From Felis catus (Eukaryota): DNA of 64,000 nt. The position numbers and the translations under genes were made by a program. Below the pieces are notes generated by a model, which was not told the DNA's origin, did no database searches, and saw nothing but the letters and a program-made list of their open reading frames with translations. The DNA lies in assembly GCF_018350175.1 (NCBI RefSeq), contig NC_058377.1, forward strand, positions 101,122,001-101,186,000, written 5' to 3'. Shown one piece after another: positions 37,693 through 50,032 of the stretch. Position 1 is the first letter of the stretch; every line of letters begins with the position of its first letter.

Positions 37693-38209
37693 AGTTCACT
37701 GTGAACTACGTATATAATAAATTAGTTTATAGACTATTACTGATTATATGCCATAGGCCTTAGAAAGGACTAATGTATAAAAGTCACGGAAAACTAGAAT
37801 TGTTTTTCCCATTTTCAATGTATAGATGTTTCAGTAATGATGATCCTTCTGATATCATTTTTGGTTTCAGTGGAGGTGACTGAAGTCCAGACTACTGTTC
37901 TCACATTCCTAAGTACTTATGTTACAATTGAAGACAACTTGTATTGTTTCTTGGGTTTGTTGTAATACATCTCCCCTTAGATATTATTATTTAAAAGGCT
38001 TTCTAATGTCTTTGCCTAAATGTTAAATAAATGCTAGTCCCCACCACAATGGCATATGGCATATAAAAGATGGCAACTATTGTTCCTGTTGGGGGAAATA
38101 CACACAATAATGAATAATCAATTATATCTACCTTAATGACACTTGAACTCTATCCTCTTGTTGTGGGAAGCATCTCAGCTTTTATTAAGCGATATTTGTA
38201 CCTGTATAT

Positions 38210-39015
38210 GCTTGGGGAAAGCAGAAATAAAAGTGTATTTATTTTCAGGCGGCATAATTGTTTACATTAAAATTTCAAAACCTGTTCATGCTGAAACATT
38301 AGAAATAATAACTGAATTTTGCAAGGTTAGTGCACATTAAGTCAGCATTTTAAAGATCAGATTTGTTTTTTTTTTTTGCTTTACAATAGCAAAAAAAGGT
38401 AAAAGTAAAGTTTTAAACTATCAATTACACTAGAAATGAAAAGTCTATACTACTTAGGGAAAATTTAATGAGCAAGTTGCATCACATCTCTGCCACACAC
38501 TATAAAAAACATTACTGAATTATTAAAGAAGTCATAAATGTAGCATATACCATACCATTGCTGAGAAGAAATAAATGTTGCATGGTGGTTAGTTCTCCCT
38601 AAATTATTCTATATATTTAATGTAGTAACGATCAAAACTGCAGCAGCATTTTTTAATAGTCAAGTAGATTTTAAAGATTACATGGAAATCCAAATATCTA
38701 GAATATTATAGAAGAAAGAATACAGAGGCATTCCAATAACAGATACCAGATTCTTTAATTAAGCAATATTATTTTAATGTGTAAACATTAATAAACTAGA
38801 TAGTTTTAAATTATTATAGAAACTATTTTTTAATCTTCCTTTCTTCATACTTTCATTCTTTTTCCTTCTTTATTTTAGAATTATGGAAGCTGATTATAAA
38901 CTTAATTAAGAGAGGCAAAATGCCAAAAATACAAAGATAGTTTGAAGAAAGATTAAAGTTGCAGGAGTTATACTACCAGATTTCATGACCTATTACAAAG
39001 CTATAGTAATTAAAT
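38210..39015 (+). mobile_element. Ancient L1 ORF2 fragment (paralogous to 46615-47650)
   Basis: gaattttgcaaggttagtgca, tactaccagatttcatgacctattacaaagctatagtaat. Confidence 0.6.
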
Positions 39016-39029
39016 TTCTTTTTTCCTAA

Positions 39030-39982
39030 TTGGTATAGCCGCTGTGGAAATAGTGGCTCTAAAAACTTAAGAGGTTCCTCTAAAATTTAGAAATGAAAAT
39101 GCCACATGATCCAAGAATGTCATTACTGGGTATTTACCCTAAGAATATAAAAGAATACAAAAACACTAATTCAGAAGGTTATATGCACGTCTATAGTCAC
39201 TTCAGTAGTATTTACAGTAGCCAAAATATGGAATCAGCCCAAGTAGCCACTGTTAGATGATAGAATAAAGAAGATATGGAATTTATACACAATGGAATAT
39301 TACTCAGCCTTAAAATGGATGAGATCTTGAGGCACCTGGGTGGCTCAGTTGGTTAAGCATCCGACTTTGGCTCAGGTCATGATCTCATGGTTCATGGGTT
39401 CCAGCATCACGTTGTGCTCGATGGCACAAAGCCTGCTTGGGATTCTGGTTCATCTTCTCTCTGCCCCTCCCCCACTTGTGCTCTGTCTCTCTCTATCAAA
39501 AATAAATAAATGTAAAAAAAAAAAAGGATGAGATCTTGCAATTTGTGCCAACATGGGTAGACACAGAAAGTATTATGGTAAGCGAAACAAGCCAGACCGA
39601 GAAATACAAATACCATATGATTCACTAATATATGGAATCTAAAAACAAACAATCAAATCAACAAACAAGCAAAGTTAGATGTAGACCTATCAATACGGAG
39701 AACAAATTTATGGTTGCCAGAGAGGAGGGGGATGGGGGATAGGCAGAAAGGCCGGGGTGGGGGGAGGGAGAGGAAGATACAGGCTTCCAATTATGGAATG
39801 AGTTAAGTTACAGGAATAAAAGGTACAGCATAGAAAATATAGTCAATGGTATTGACAGGTGGTAGCTACACTTGTGGTTAGCATAGCATAATGGATAAAC
39901 ACGTTGATTCACTGTGTTTTACATCTGAGACTAACATACATTGTGTGTCAATTACACTGCAATAAAAAAAAAAAAAAAAAAA
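39030..39982 (+). mobile_element. Carnivore L1 3' end with poly(A), interrupted by SINE
   Basis: gccgctgtggaa..ctgggtatttaccctaag..cacaatggaatattactcagcc..gtgtcaattacactgc followed by an A-tail. Confidence 0.85.
39329..39525 (+). mobile_element. CanSINE inserted in L1
   Basis: TSD ggatgagatcttg. Confidence 0.9.
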
Positions 39983-40427
39983 GGAAAGAGAACATTGTCC
40001 AGAAAACGGACCAAATGATTGATGGAATACAATAGTGACATCAGAAACAGATCTACAAATACACTGTTACCTAACTTATGATGGATGCATCACTATTTTC
40101 TCAAAGAGGAAGAATGATCTTTTCCATAAATACTCTTAGGCAATTTGTATATTTATTTGGAGAGAAAAAAAGGATCTGGGCATGTAGCCAGTCCCTATAC
40201 AGACTCAATTCTACTTGATTAAAGATCCCAATGTGAAATACAAACATCTAAAAGGAAAGAATAGTGAAACATCTTGGAGATATTGAAATATATAAAGCAT
40301 TTGAAACAGACCTCATAAAACAATGGTTATTTAAGATTTAAAATGATTCATTGCACTGATGTAAGAAATTATGCTCATCACAATAGTATGAGAAGGAAAC
40401 TCTAACAGTGGGAAAAGATGTTTTTTT

Positions 40428-40811
40428 AAAAAAAAATTTTTAGAGGGTGTGGAGGGGCAGAGAGAGAGAGAAGAGAAAATCCCTATCTGTCAGCACAGAG
40501 CCCAACACGAGGCTCAAACTCACAAACCATGAGATCATGACCTGAGCCAATATCAAGAGTCAGACTCTTAACCAACTAAACCATCCAGATGCCCAAGGGA
40601 GTATTTTTTTTAACGTTTATTCGCTTTTGAGAAATAGAGAGAGACAGAGAATGAGTGGGGGAGGGGCAGAGAGAGAGGGAGACACAAAATCCAAAGCAGT
40701 CTCCAGGCTCTGAACTGTCAGAGCCCCACCTGGGGCTTGAACCCATGGAGGACGGGATCATGACCTGAGCTGAAGTCATATGCTCAACCAACTGAGCCAC
40801 CCAGGCACCCC
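40428..40811 (-). mobile_element. Two adjacent CanSINEs (40428-40594; 40604-40811)
   Basis: The second is inserted at the head of the first, TSD agatgcc..agggag. Confidence 0.88.
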
Positions 40812-41082
40812 TAGATGCCTGAGGGAGAGGATACTTTTATCAGACCTACATAATCAGACAAATCGTGGACAAAGGATTTGTAAGCATAATATAAAGGTAA
40901 CTGTTCCAAATCCATAAAGAGTAGACAAGAAATACAATATGAAGATGACAAAAGGTATTGGTGTGGACATCAAAGATGTGGGAGTAGCCGTTTTTAATTA
41001 CCATTTTCAAGAAATTCTTCTCTATATCAGGGCAAAATGTTTTTATAAACTATAAATTATTATCCTTAAAAAATACATGACA

Positions 41083-41217
41083 GGGGTGCCTGGGTGGCTC
41101 AGTCCATTGAGCGTCGGACTTCGGCTCAGGTCACGATCTCCCAGGCCGTGAGTTTGAGCCCGCTTCAGGCTCTGTGCTGATAGCTCAGAGCCTGGAGCCT
41201 GCTTCAGATTCTGTGTC

Positions 41218-41255
<38 letters not shown>

Positions 41256-41330
41256 CCTCCCCCACGCATGCTCTGTCTCTCTCTGTCTTAAAAATAAATA
41301 AAACGTTTTAAAAAATTAAAAAAAAATAAA
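41083..41330 (+). mobile_element. CanSINE
   Basis: Head, (CT)n, A tail. Confidence 0.93.
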
Positions 41331-41951
41331 GGTAACAAAAATAGATAAAAATAATCCAGTGTTAACAGGCAGAAAAAGAATTATTCATGTGTGTGTGCAC
41401 ATGTGAGTGTGTGTGTTTAAGGGGACAGTTCATCGCAGACAGCAGACTGAAGGATTCTCCTGGGGTCCTGGTAATGTTCCAATTTTACTATCATCATAGC
41501 TGTTTGATCTGGATTCTGATTACACAGCTGTCTTGAATTTGCAAAAATGTATGATGCATGCATTTGTTAATAAGTATATTATGTTTAAATAAGTTAAAAC
41601 ACCACAAAAAAGGGGAAAACAAGTACTTGTAAATTTTTACATTTACTTGTAAATTTTTTTAATGATGTAGTAAGCATCATTCAATCATCTTCATTCTGCC
41701 CCCAGAGATAAACTCATAAAAAGCCATTGTAGTAGAAGAAGATCATTAAGGGTTGCAAGAACAATGAAAACATCTTTCCTACAAATACAACGATTTGATT
41801 CCAGATCGCTGGGTTACAATAGAAAGACTTTACCAGGAGACATTGTGGAAAGGTATCTAACATAACTTTATTTGCAGGGGAATATAAAGATGTCCTGTAG
41901 AATTAGGAGATATACCACGCCTTTGTTTGATATTTTCAAACGCTTGAGGCA

Positions 41952-42073
41952 TAATTAGCTTGTATTCTTTCTCCTCAGGGAGAGACTCAAAGGAGTAAAG
42001 TCATCCATAAATCCTTACTGGGTTGTGCCATGAACAAATGGGAGCCCAAAGATTTTCCACCTCGCAGGTGAGC
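41952..42073 (+). promoter_or_regulatory. Putative promoter / first exon of OR8K copy 2
   Basis: TAATTA at 41952, TCCTCAGGGA at 41972-41981, CATAAAT at 42006, donor cag|gtgagc at 42068. Confidence 0.6.
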
Positions 42074-43469
42074 ACACTGTACCTGTCTCTGTGACTAACT
42101 CTGAGTCTAGTAACTCTTCAGGACCCCACCTCCCATTTACATTATTGTCCCCAAACCCCCACCCGCTTCCATGATTTAACCATCTCTTTAACAGTTCTCT
42201 TTTGTTAACTGAAGTTTCTGGGCAAATACAAGGTTGTAAACATCTTTATTATAATTTTTGGTGAAAGCTAGACGTTTGCTAAGATGCAGCAAGGTTGTAA
42301 TCATTGAATAGTGGGGGGAAAAAAGCAATCTCTGAAAAGGGAATTGGTTAAGAAATTCACACCCAAGACCTTAAGATTTTCCTGTTTAGTTTCTTTCACT
42401 TGGACCCTTCGTAAAATGTCAAATATGATACTATTATGCATAGTTAATTGGATATTTTCAGAATTTCTAACTCAAATCACACATTTCCATAGTGGTTTCC
42501 AGTCCCTCTAAAGTAAAAGGATTGCCTCAATGTGTTTGTAACACTTGCAATTTCTCTGTTTCAAATACATCATGTGTTTCCCAAATTTATCAATATCCTT
42601 TTCAAACCATCCCTTTTAGTTGGAAGTGAGGTGAAAGCAAACTATTAAAGCATTGATATCAGTACGTAATGCCTCCATCACCCCGTAACATCTGATTAAT
42701 AACAGGATTGCCCCTCTTCCTTACCTGTAAGCTTTGGAATAGTCTCTGAAATGCCATCAGATCATCCCTTAAATAAGGAAAAGCACATCTCATGTAGATT
42801 GGAATTAAGATTAAAATATGTGCACATACAAATTTCAATAAAGAAGAATTCTTGCAAAATTTTAAAGCAGTAATATGTATTTTGATTACAATTACAGTGT
42901 ATTTTCCACTTATTTAATAGTTTTTTTCTAAAACTCTATTCCCCCTTGAAAATTACTTTGATGTGTAAGTATATATATTTAAATCTATATTTTGTTGACC
43001 TTCCATGTTGAATATACTCATTGTCACCTAATTTAGTGTAAAAAGATGTATTTGGCAATAGGAGGGGGCAGGGCTGGGGAATAATTTAATTCTCTCACCT
43101 CTATCCTTAGGGTAGTTTTATAGTGAAGGTCCAACGCTAATCTCATTGTTTTTTTTACATGTTTGAAGAAAAGTTGGGAGGGAAAAAAAACAGATCTAAA
43201 AGGTAAGAACCAGGTTACCTTCAATAATCGTACAAAGTAATGTAAATAGAACCATGTAAAATAAAGTTTAGTGTTTTACATAGAACTCTAAAGATAATTA
43301 GAAACACGTCATATCTTTTCTCATATATAAGGGGACTTGTATTTAGTAGCATGGATTTAAAAGAGAGCACACACTCTGATATTCTCATTTATTCCGTGAG
43401 ATTTATGATGCTTTTAATATCCACCCGAAATATGTCCCTAACTGTATTGTCTCCTGAGAATGAATTTAG

Positions 43470-44410
43470 TGTTCCTGACCGGTAATCTGCTTTCTCTCTC
43501 TATGGATTCAACTCTTCTGGATATTTCATATAATGGAATTATATAATATAATATGCACAGATGTGCCCTTTTATACTTGGCTTCTTTTGCTTAGCACGTT
43601 TTAAAGGCTCATCCATGTTGTTGCATATAACAATACTTCTTTCCTTGTGTGGCTTCCTAATTTCTTATTGTGTGGAGACAACAGAGATGCTATCCATGCA
43701 TTGGTTGATGGACATTTGGGTTGTCCCCAAGTTTTGACTATCATGAACTGGTGTAACTCTTACGAATGCTGTCATGAACATTTACCTGCAAAGTTTTTGT
43801 ATGAGCTCTTGTGGTTGTCGGTACTTTGGGGGTACACATCTGGAAAGGAATTACTGGATCAGAATGGTAATTCTTAGCTTGATGTATGGAGTCACCGTCA
43901 AACTCCATCCATAGTGACTGTACTGTTTTACCTTCCCATTAATACACAAGGATTCTTATCTCTACACCCTTGTCAACCTTTGTGATTTTTTTTCTTTTCT
44001 TTTCTTTTTTAAGCCACCTTACGACAAGTGAAGTGGTATCTCCTTGTGGTGTGGATTTGCATTGCCCTCATGGCTAATGATGTTGAATATCTTTTCATAT
44101 GCCGATGTCCATTCGCATATATTCTGTAAGAAATGTCCTTCAACTTTTTTGCCTGTTTTTTTTTGTTTAATTTGGGTAATTTTTCATTTAGATATTGGAC
44201 TGTAAGAGTCCTTTGTATATTTTATATACTAGACACTTACCAGATAGAAGATTGACAATTTTTTTCATTATATGAGTTAATTTTTCATTCTGTAATAATG
44301 TCCATAATGCATACAACTTGTCTGTTTTTTACATTTTGATAAATCCAATTTAGGAGATTTTAACTTTGTTGTTTGCTATTTTGCTGTCATATCTAAGAAA
44401 GCTATAAAGA
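43470..44410 (-). mobile_element. Old L1 3'/ORF2 fragment
   Basis: ggttgatggacatttgggttgt, gtgaagtggtatctccttgtggt, gctaatgatgttgaatatcttttcat. Confidence 0.8.
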
Positions 44411-44614
44411 GCTCAGCTAAGCTGAGAGAGGCAGAGAAAGAGAGAGGAAGGGAGAGAAAGAGAGAAATGAGCTGCCAGGTGCTGGAACAGACAATTACGG
44501 CCACAGGCCATAATGAAAGATTTAGGCCTTTAATCAGTATTAAAATGGTCCTCTCAGTCATGTCATGAAAGTTAATGATTATTTTTGTATTTATTCCCAG
44601 TATAGGTTTCCCGA

Positions 44615-45604
44615 ATGGCCTGCACAGACAAACACAATCTAACACTGTTGAAAGAATTCATTCTAATGGGAATCACAGGACTCCCTGAGCTGCAGGCTCC
44701 ATTATTTGGACTACTCCTCACTGTATATCTGGTCTCAGTCGTGGGTAATCTGGGTTTGATCATCCTCACCAAGATAGACTCTAGGCTACAAACACCCATG
44801 TACTTCTTCCTCAGACACCTGGCTTTCACTGATCTTGGTTATTCAACAGCTGTGGGACCCAAAATGCTAGTAAATTATGCTGTAGATCAACATACAATCT
44901 CCTTTAATGGGTGTGCCACCCAACTCACTTTTTTCAATATTTTTATCATTAATGAAATTTTCATTCTGTCGGCAATGGCCTATGACCACTATGTGGCCGT
45001 CTGTAACCCTCTGCTCTACACAGCTGTTATGTCACAAAGATTATGTCAGGTGCTAGTGGTAATGCCTTGTCTCTATAGTGTCTCTTTGTCTTTGTTGACC
45101 ATCATGAAAATTTTCCTTTCATCATTTAGTGAATATAATGTCATCAGGCATTTCTACTGTGACAGTCTACCATTGATAGCTTTGCTCTGTTCAGGCACCG
45201 ATGAAATTAGATTGATAATTCTGATCTTTTCTGCTTTTAATTTGGTGTCATCTCTTCTCACAGTCCTTGTGTCCTACATTCTAATCTCTGTTGCCATCTT
45301 CAGGATGAACTCTGCAGAAGGCAGGCACAAGGCTTTCTCCACCTGTGGATCCCATCTGGCAGTGATTGCCTTATTCTATGGCACTCTATTCTTTATGTAT
45401 GTGCAGCCGAAATCTACTCATTCCTTTGATACTGATAATATGGCCGCCTTATTTTACATGTTGGTTATACCCATGCTGAATCCAATGATCTACAGCTTGA
45501 GGAACAAAGAGGTGAAAAATGCCTTACGAAGAACTTGGAGAAAGTGTGCAAATATAGACATACTTCAGAGATATTGCAGGTTTGGTTCCAGTGCACCACA
45601 ATGA
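44615..45604 (+). CDS. Olfactory receptor, OR8K3-like (copy 2); open frame but possibly degenerating; C-terminus derived from Tigger1
   Basis: 329-aa 7TM ORF with [40 protein letters not shown] replaces MAYDRY and SFSEYN lacks the first ECL2 Cys. The last ~16 codons lie in Tigger1. Confidence 0.82.
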   Translation: MACTDKHNLTLLKEFILMGITGLPELQAPLFGLLLTVYLVSVVGNLGLIILTKIDSRLQTPMYFFLRHLAFTDLGYSTAVGPKMLVNYAVDQHTISFNGCATQLTFFNIFIINEIFILSAMAYDHYVAVCNPLLYTAVMSQRLCQVLVVMPCLYSVSLSLLTIMKIFLSSFSEYNVIRHFYCDSLPLIALLCSGTDEIRLIILIFSAFNLVSSLLTVLVSYILISVAIFRMNSAEGRHKAFSTCGSHLAVIALFYGTLFFMYVQPKSTHSFDTDNMAALFYMLVIPMLNPMIYSLRNKEVKNALRRTWRKCANIDILQRYCRFGSSAPQ

Positions 45605-45871
45605 AGCAAATTTCACAGTAAACCAAATTAAATGAATTTTTGGTTGTCTAATACATATAAAAGTTATGTTGACCCTGTATTATAGTCTGTTAAGTGTTTT
45701 TTAGCATTAAAGGTAATCATACAATGTGTATACTTTAAAAAAAAACACTGTATTGCTTGAAAATGCTGTCATCTGAGCCTTCAAAGTCATAATATTTTGC
45801 CTAGAGGGTCTTGCCTCCATCTTGATGGCTGCTTACTGGTCAGGGTGGTGGTTGCCAAAGGTTAGGGTGAC

Positions 45872-46013
45872 NNNNNNNNNNNNNNNNNNNNNNNNNNNNN
45901 NNNNNNNNNNNNNNNNNNNNNNNNNNNNNNNNNNNNNNNNNNNNNNNNNNNNNNNNNNNNNNNNNNNNNNNNNNNNNNNNNNNNNNNNNNNNNNNNNNNN
46001 NNNNNNNNNNNNN
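45872..46013. other. Assembly gap
   Basis: N run. Confidence 1.
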
Positions 46014-46107
46014 GGCACAGAGCCTGATGCAGGGCTCAAACTCTGAATGGCGATATCATGACCTGAGCTGAGTCAGACACCCAACCAGCTGAGCCACCAG
46101 GCACCCC
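46014..46107 (-). mobile_element. CanSINE fragment between gaps, inside Tigger1
   Basis: atcatgacctgagctgagtcagacac..caggcacccc. Confidence 0.8.
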
Positions 46108-46109
46108 GA

Positions 46110-46287
46110 NNNNNNNNNNNNNNNNNNNNNNNNNNNNNNNNNNNNNNNNNNNNNNNNNNNNNNNNNNNNNNNNNNNNNNNNNNNNNNNNNNNNNNNNNNN
46201 NNNNNNNNNNNNNNNNNNNNNNNNNNNNNNNNNNNNNNNNNNNNNNNNNNNNNNNNNNNNNNNNNNNNNNNNNNNNNNNNNNNNNNN
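46110..46287. other. Assembly gap
   Basis: N run. Confidence 1.
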
Positions 46288-46812
46288 GTATGTCATATTC
46301 TAAATCCATATTCTAAATCCACTGTTACCAATTCAACAACCTTACAGCATCTTCACCAGGAGTAGATTCCACTTGAAGAAATCACTTTCTTGGTTTATGC
46401 ATAAGAAGCAATTCTTTATCCATTAAAGTTTTGTCTTGAGATTTCAGCCATTCATTCACATCTTCAGGCTCCACTTCTGATTCTAGTTCTCTCACTATGT
46501 TTACCACATCTGCAATGAGTTCATCCACTGACGAAACAACTAACATTGTTTCAGCCTTGGACTATTGCTTGCATGGGTAGATTTCTGTGAAATTATGATT
46601 TGTGACTATATGCATGCTGAGGAAAGCATAAATAAAAGTATTATTGTTTGTAAGATTCACAATTGTATATATTAAAAATTCAAAAATATCTTCAAGCTGA
46701 TACACTGAAAATAATGACTAAATTTTGCAAGGTTAGTACATATAAAGTTTCCAAATGAAAGATCAATTATTTTGCTATCCACTAGTAATAAACAGGTAAA
46801 AATAAAATTTTA

Positions 46813-47294
46813 TTTTTTTGCCTTTATTTTTTTAATTTATTTTTTTCAATATATGAAGTTTATTGTCAAATTGGTTTCCATACAACACCTAGTGCTTATC
46901 CCAAAATATGCCCTCCTCAATAACCATCACCCACCCTCCCACCCCCCATCAACCCTCAGTTTGTTCTCAGTTTTTAAGAGTCTCTTATACTTTGGCTCTC
47001 TCCCACTCTAACCTCCTTTTTTTTTCCTTCCCCTCCCCCATGGGTTTCTGTTAAATTTCTCAGGATCCACGTAAGAGTGAAAACATATGGTATCTGCCTT
47101 TCTCTGTATGGCTTATTTCACTTAGCATAACACTCTCCAGTTCCATCCATGTTGCTACAAAGGGTCATATTTCATTCTTTATCATTGCCACGTAGTACTC
47201 CATTGTGTATATAAACCACAATTTCTTTATCCATTCATCAGTTGATGGACATTTAGGCTCTTTCCATAATTTGGCTATTGTTGAGAGTGCTGCT
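46813..47294 (-). mobile_element. Young 5'-truncated felid L1 3' end with 16-bp TSD
   Basis: Poly-T plus L1 3'UTR (tttattgtcaaattggtttccatacaacac); TSD taaaaataaaatttta at 46797-46812 and 47295-47310. Confidence 0.9.
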
Positions 47295-47664
47295 TAAAAA
47301 TAAAATTTTAAACTATCAATTACACCTGAAAAAATTTGTCTCATAGTTAGGAGAAAATCTAATAAACAATTTACATGATTTTGTGGTTAGAAATTACAAA
47401 AGACTTGCTCAGTTATTAAAGAAAACATAGACGTAGGAGTACATCATGTCCATTGTTTGGAAGAAGTAAATGCTGTGATGAGGTCAGTTCTCCTTAAGAT
47501 ATCCTATAGATTTAACACAGTAACAGTAAAATCCCAATAGTACTTTTAAATATTTCAGTTGATATCAAAATTTATATGGCAAGCCAAGAGATTTAAAATA
47601 GCCAGGCAATGCCCCACAAGATGAATCTAATGACAGGTACAACTTCCTTTAATAAAGCTAGATT

Positions 47665-47881
47665 ATTTTTTAAATGTTTATTTACTTATTTTGAGAGAAA
47701 GAGATCACATGTGTGAATGGGAGAGAGGCAGAGAGAGAGGGAGAAATAATCCCAAGCAAGCTCCCAGTTGTCAGTGCAGAGATGGACACAGGGCTTCTTC
47801 TCACCAGCAGAACCATGAGATTATGACCTGAGCTGAAATAAGGAGTCAGCTGTTTAACAGACTGAGCCACCCAGGTGCCCC
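47665..47881 (-). mobile_element. CanSINE
   Basis: Reverse head ccaggtgcccc. Confidence 0.88.
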
Positions 47882-48631
47882 AAAACCGCAACGTTTCTTG
47901 AACAAAAGGAAAATATCTTCATGACTCGGAATAAGCGAAGAAGGCCAGGGAGGTGAAGAATGAATGGATATAATATTAAATGAAAGACACCAGGCTCTCC
48001 CGAAATTACACTGGCTTATGAAAATATAAATGAGATTGAGCTGTACTCACTTGGCACTTTATACAAGTGACCCATTTTGGTTTAGAATGTTTGATACAGT
48101 TGAGGAGTACTGCATGTAGGCAAGAATGCAAGGCTGATTTCACACACGAAAACCCATTACATAAATCACATAATTCAACATCCTTAACAGGTTTATGATG
48201 AAATTCAATGCTAATTTGTAATAAACTGCCTCGCTGAGCAGGATAGTAGAAACTGGTGTTATAAATAATATCTAAAAAAATCCTGCATGTGGGGGAATAA
48301 ATCGATTGAACACAGAGGTATTGAAGGTAGTGAAAATACTTGTATGATATCATAATCATGGGTACATATTATTACATTTTAAAAACCTACAGAAAACTTG
48401 TAATATAATACTGAAACATTAAAGATTTTCCTCTGAACACTCCTAAGACAAGGAGATCCAGACTCACCATTTATATTCAGTATATATTGGACATTGTAGC
48501 TGGTTCACCACGTTAAGAAATAAAAAGTATAAAGATAGATGGGAAAGCACACACTACCATTAAAAAAAATTTTTTGATGTCTTAACTACATAGATAAAAC
48601 TATAAATAATTTATTAAAAATAATACATGTA

Positions 48632-48841
48632 GGGGCGCCTGGGTGGCGCAGTCGGTTAAGCATCCGACTTCAGCCAGGTCACGATCTCGCGGTCCGTGAG
48701 TTCGAGCCCCGCGTCAGGCTCTGGGCTGACGGCTCGGAGCCTGGAGCCCATTTCCGATTCTGTGTCTCCCTCTCTCTCTGCCCCTCCCCCGTTCATGCTC
48801 TGTCTCTCTCTGTCCCCCCAAAAATAAAAATAAAACGTTGA
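48632..48841 (+). mobile_element. Young felid CanSINE
   Basis: TSD aaaaataatacatgta. Confidence 0.95.
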
Positions 48842-50032
48842 AAAAAATAATACATGTATTTATAAAATTTGCTGAATATGAAACAAATTACAAAAAATCA
48901 ACTTTATTTCTATATCCCACCCATAATAATTAGAAAAAATTGAAAAAGAGATAATGTTTATGTATTTATTTATTTCGTATGACTTCCTTTATGTGAGGAA
49001 GCTAGAACTGTAAAATCCATAGAAGCAGAAACAGTAGTTGCAACATGATGGAAGAAAAGAGAATGGGTATAGATGTTTCCTGGGTATAGAGTTTCAGTTT
49101 GGAATGATGAGAATGTTCTGGAGGTAGATAACCATGATGTTTGCAAAACAGTAGGTATGTATCTAATGACACAAATATATACTTACAAATTAAAAGCTAA
49201 AATCATTAAAATGGTACATTTTATGCTATATGTCTTTTATGACAATAAGAAAAAGTTCAACAAAATACTTCAATTGAAGGTTTTACTCTTTTCAAGTTCT
49301 ATGAATTGGGAAAGGCAGTTACTTCCCAAGTCCCTTCCCTTCAAGACCAGCGTACTTTCGGTAAAGTCAGAAATTTTATAAGTGCTAAGCTCCATTGGAA
49401 ATACACATGTAAGTGATTTTTAAAAAGAATTCATGCAGCGTGAGAAAAATATCTGTTATTGTTTTACGTATGGCTCAGATTAGAAGGCAAACTCTCCGTA
49501 GGAATGAATAAAGATATTAAAGGCTGCCCCTTGTACATCATTTCAGACAACAACAAATAACTATTGTGCAGATGCACAGACATGATACAAAGAAAAAGGG
49601 AAGCATGCTTTTAGATATTCCTGGATCTTTTTTTCAGCAGAAAAAATGAATAGAATTATTTAGAACTACTTACAGTTAATATAAAGACCTTGTACTTAGA
49701 AGCCTGATCTTGGAACAAATGCCAAATGAGAAAAATTGCTTGGCAGAGTGACAGTCACTCTTATACAAAATGTGTTCTGAGTACAAAGAAATATGTCATT
49801 GTTCTGTGATTTTGCCGAATGTCTATGCGATAATTTTCACAAAGAAAATATATTTGAATTATGCAGTCCTAGAAAGTAGTGGCTGAGTGTAGACTGAAAC
49901 AAGTTGTCACAAAAGATGTTGAAGATGTTTGAGAAGTTTCACATTATGGAAATATATGAAAAGTATAAGTTCGGATAAATAATTTAATGTTAAGAATAGT
50001 TCAATTCACAATGATGTGAAATAAGAGTGAAT

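Larger units (their letters stand above)
45555..46531 (-). mobile_element. Tigger1 DNA transposon fragment (3' end), interrupted by gaps and a SINE
   Basis: After a TA, tagacatacttcagagatattgcaggtttggttccag matches the Tigger1 terminus CAGGCATACCTCGGAGATATTGCGGGTTCGGTTCCAG. It continues with gagggtcttgcctc..ttgatggctgc and catcttcaccaggagtagattcca..cacatcttcaggctccacttc. Confidence 0.88.
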
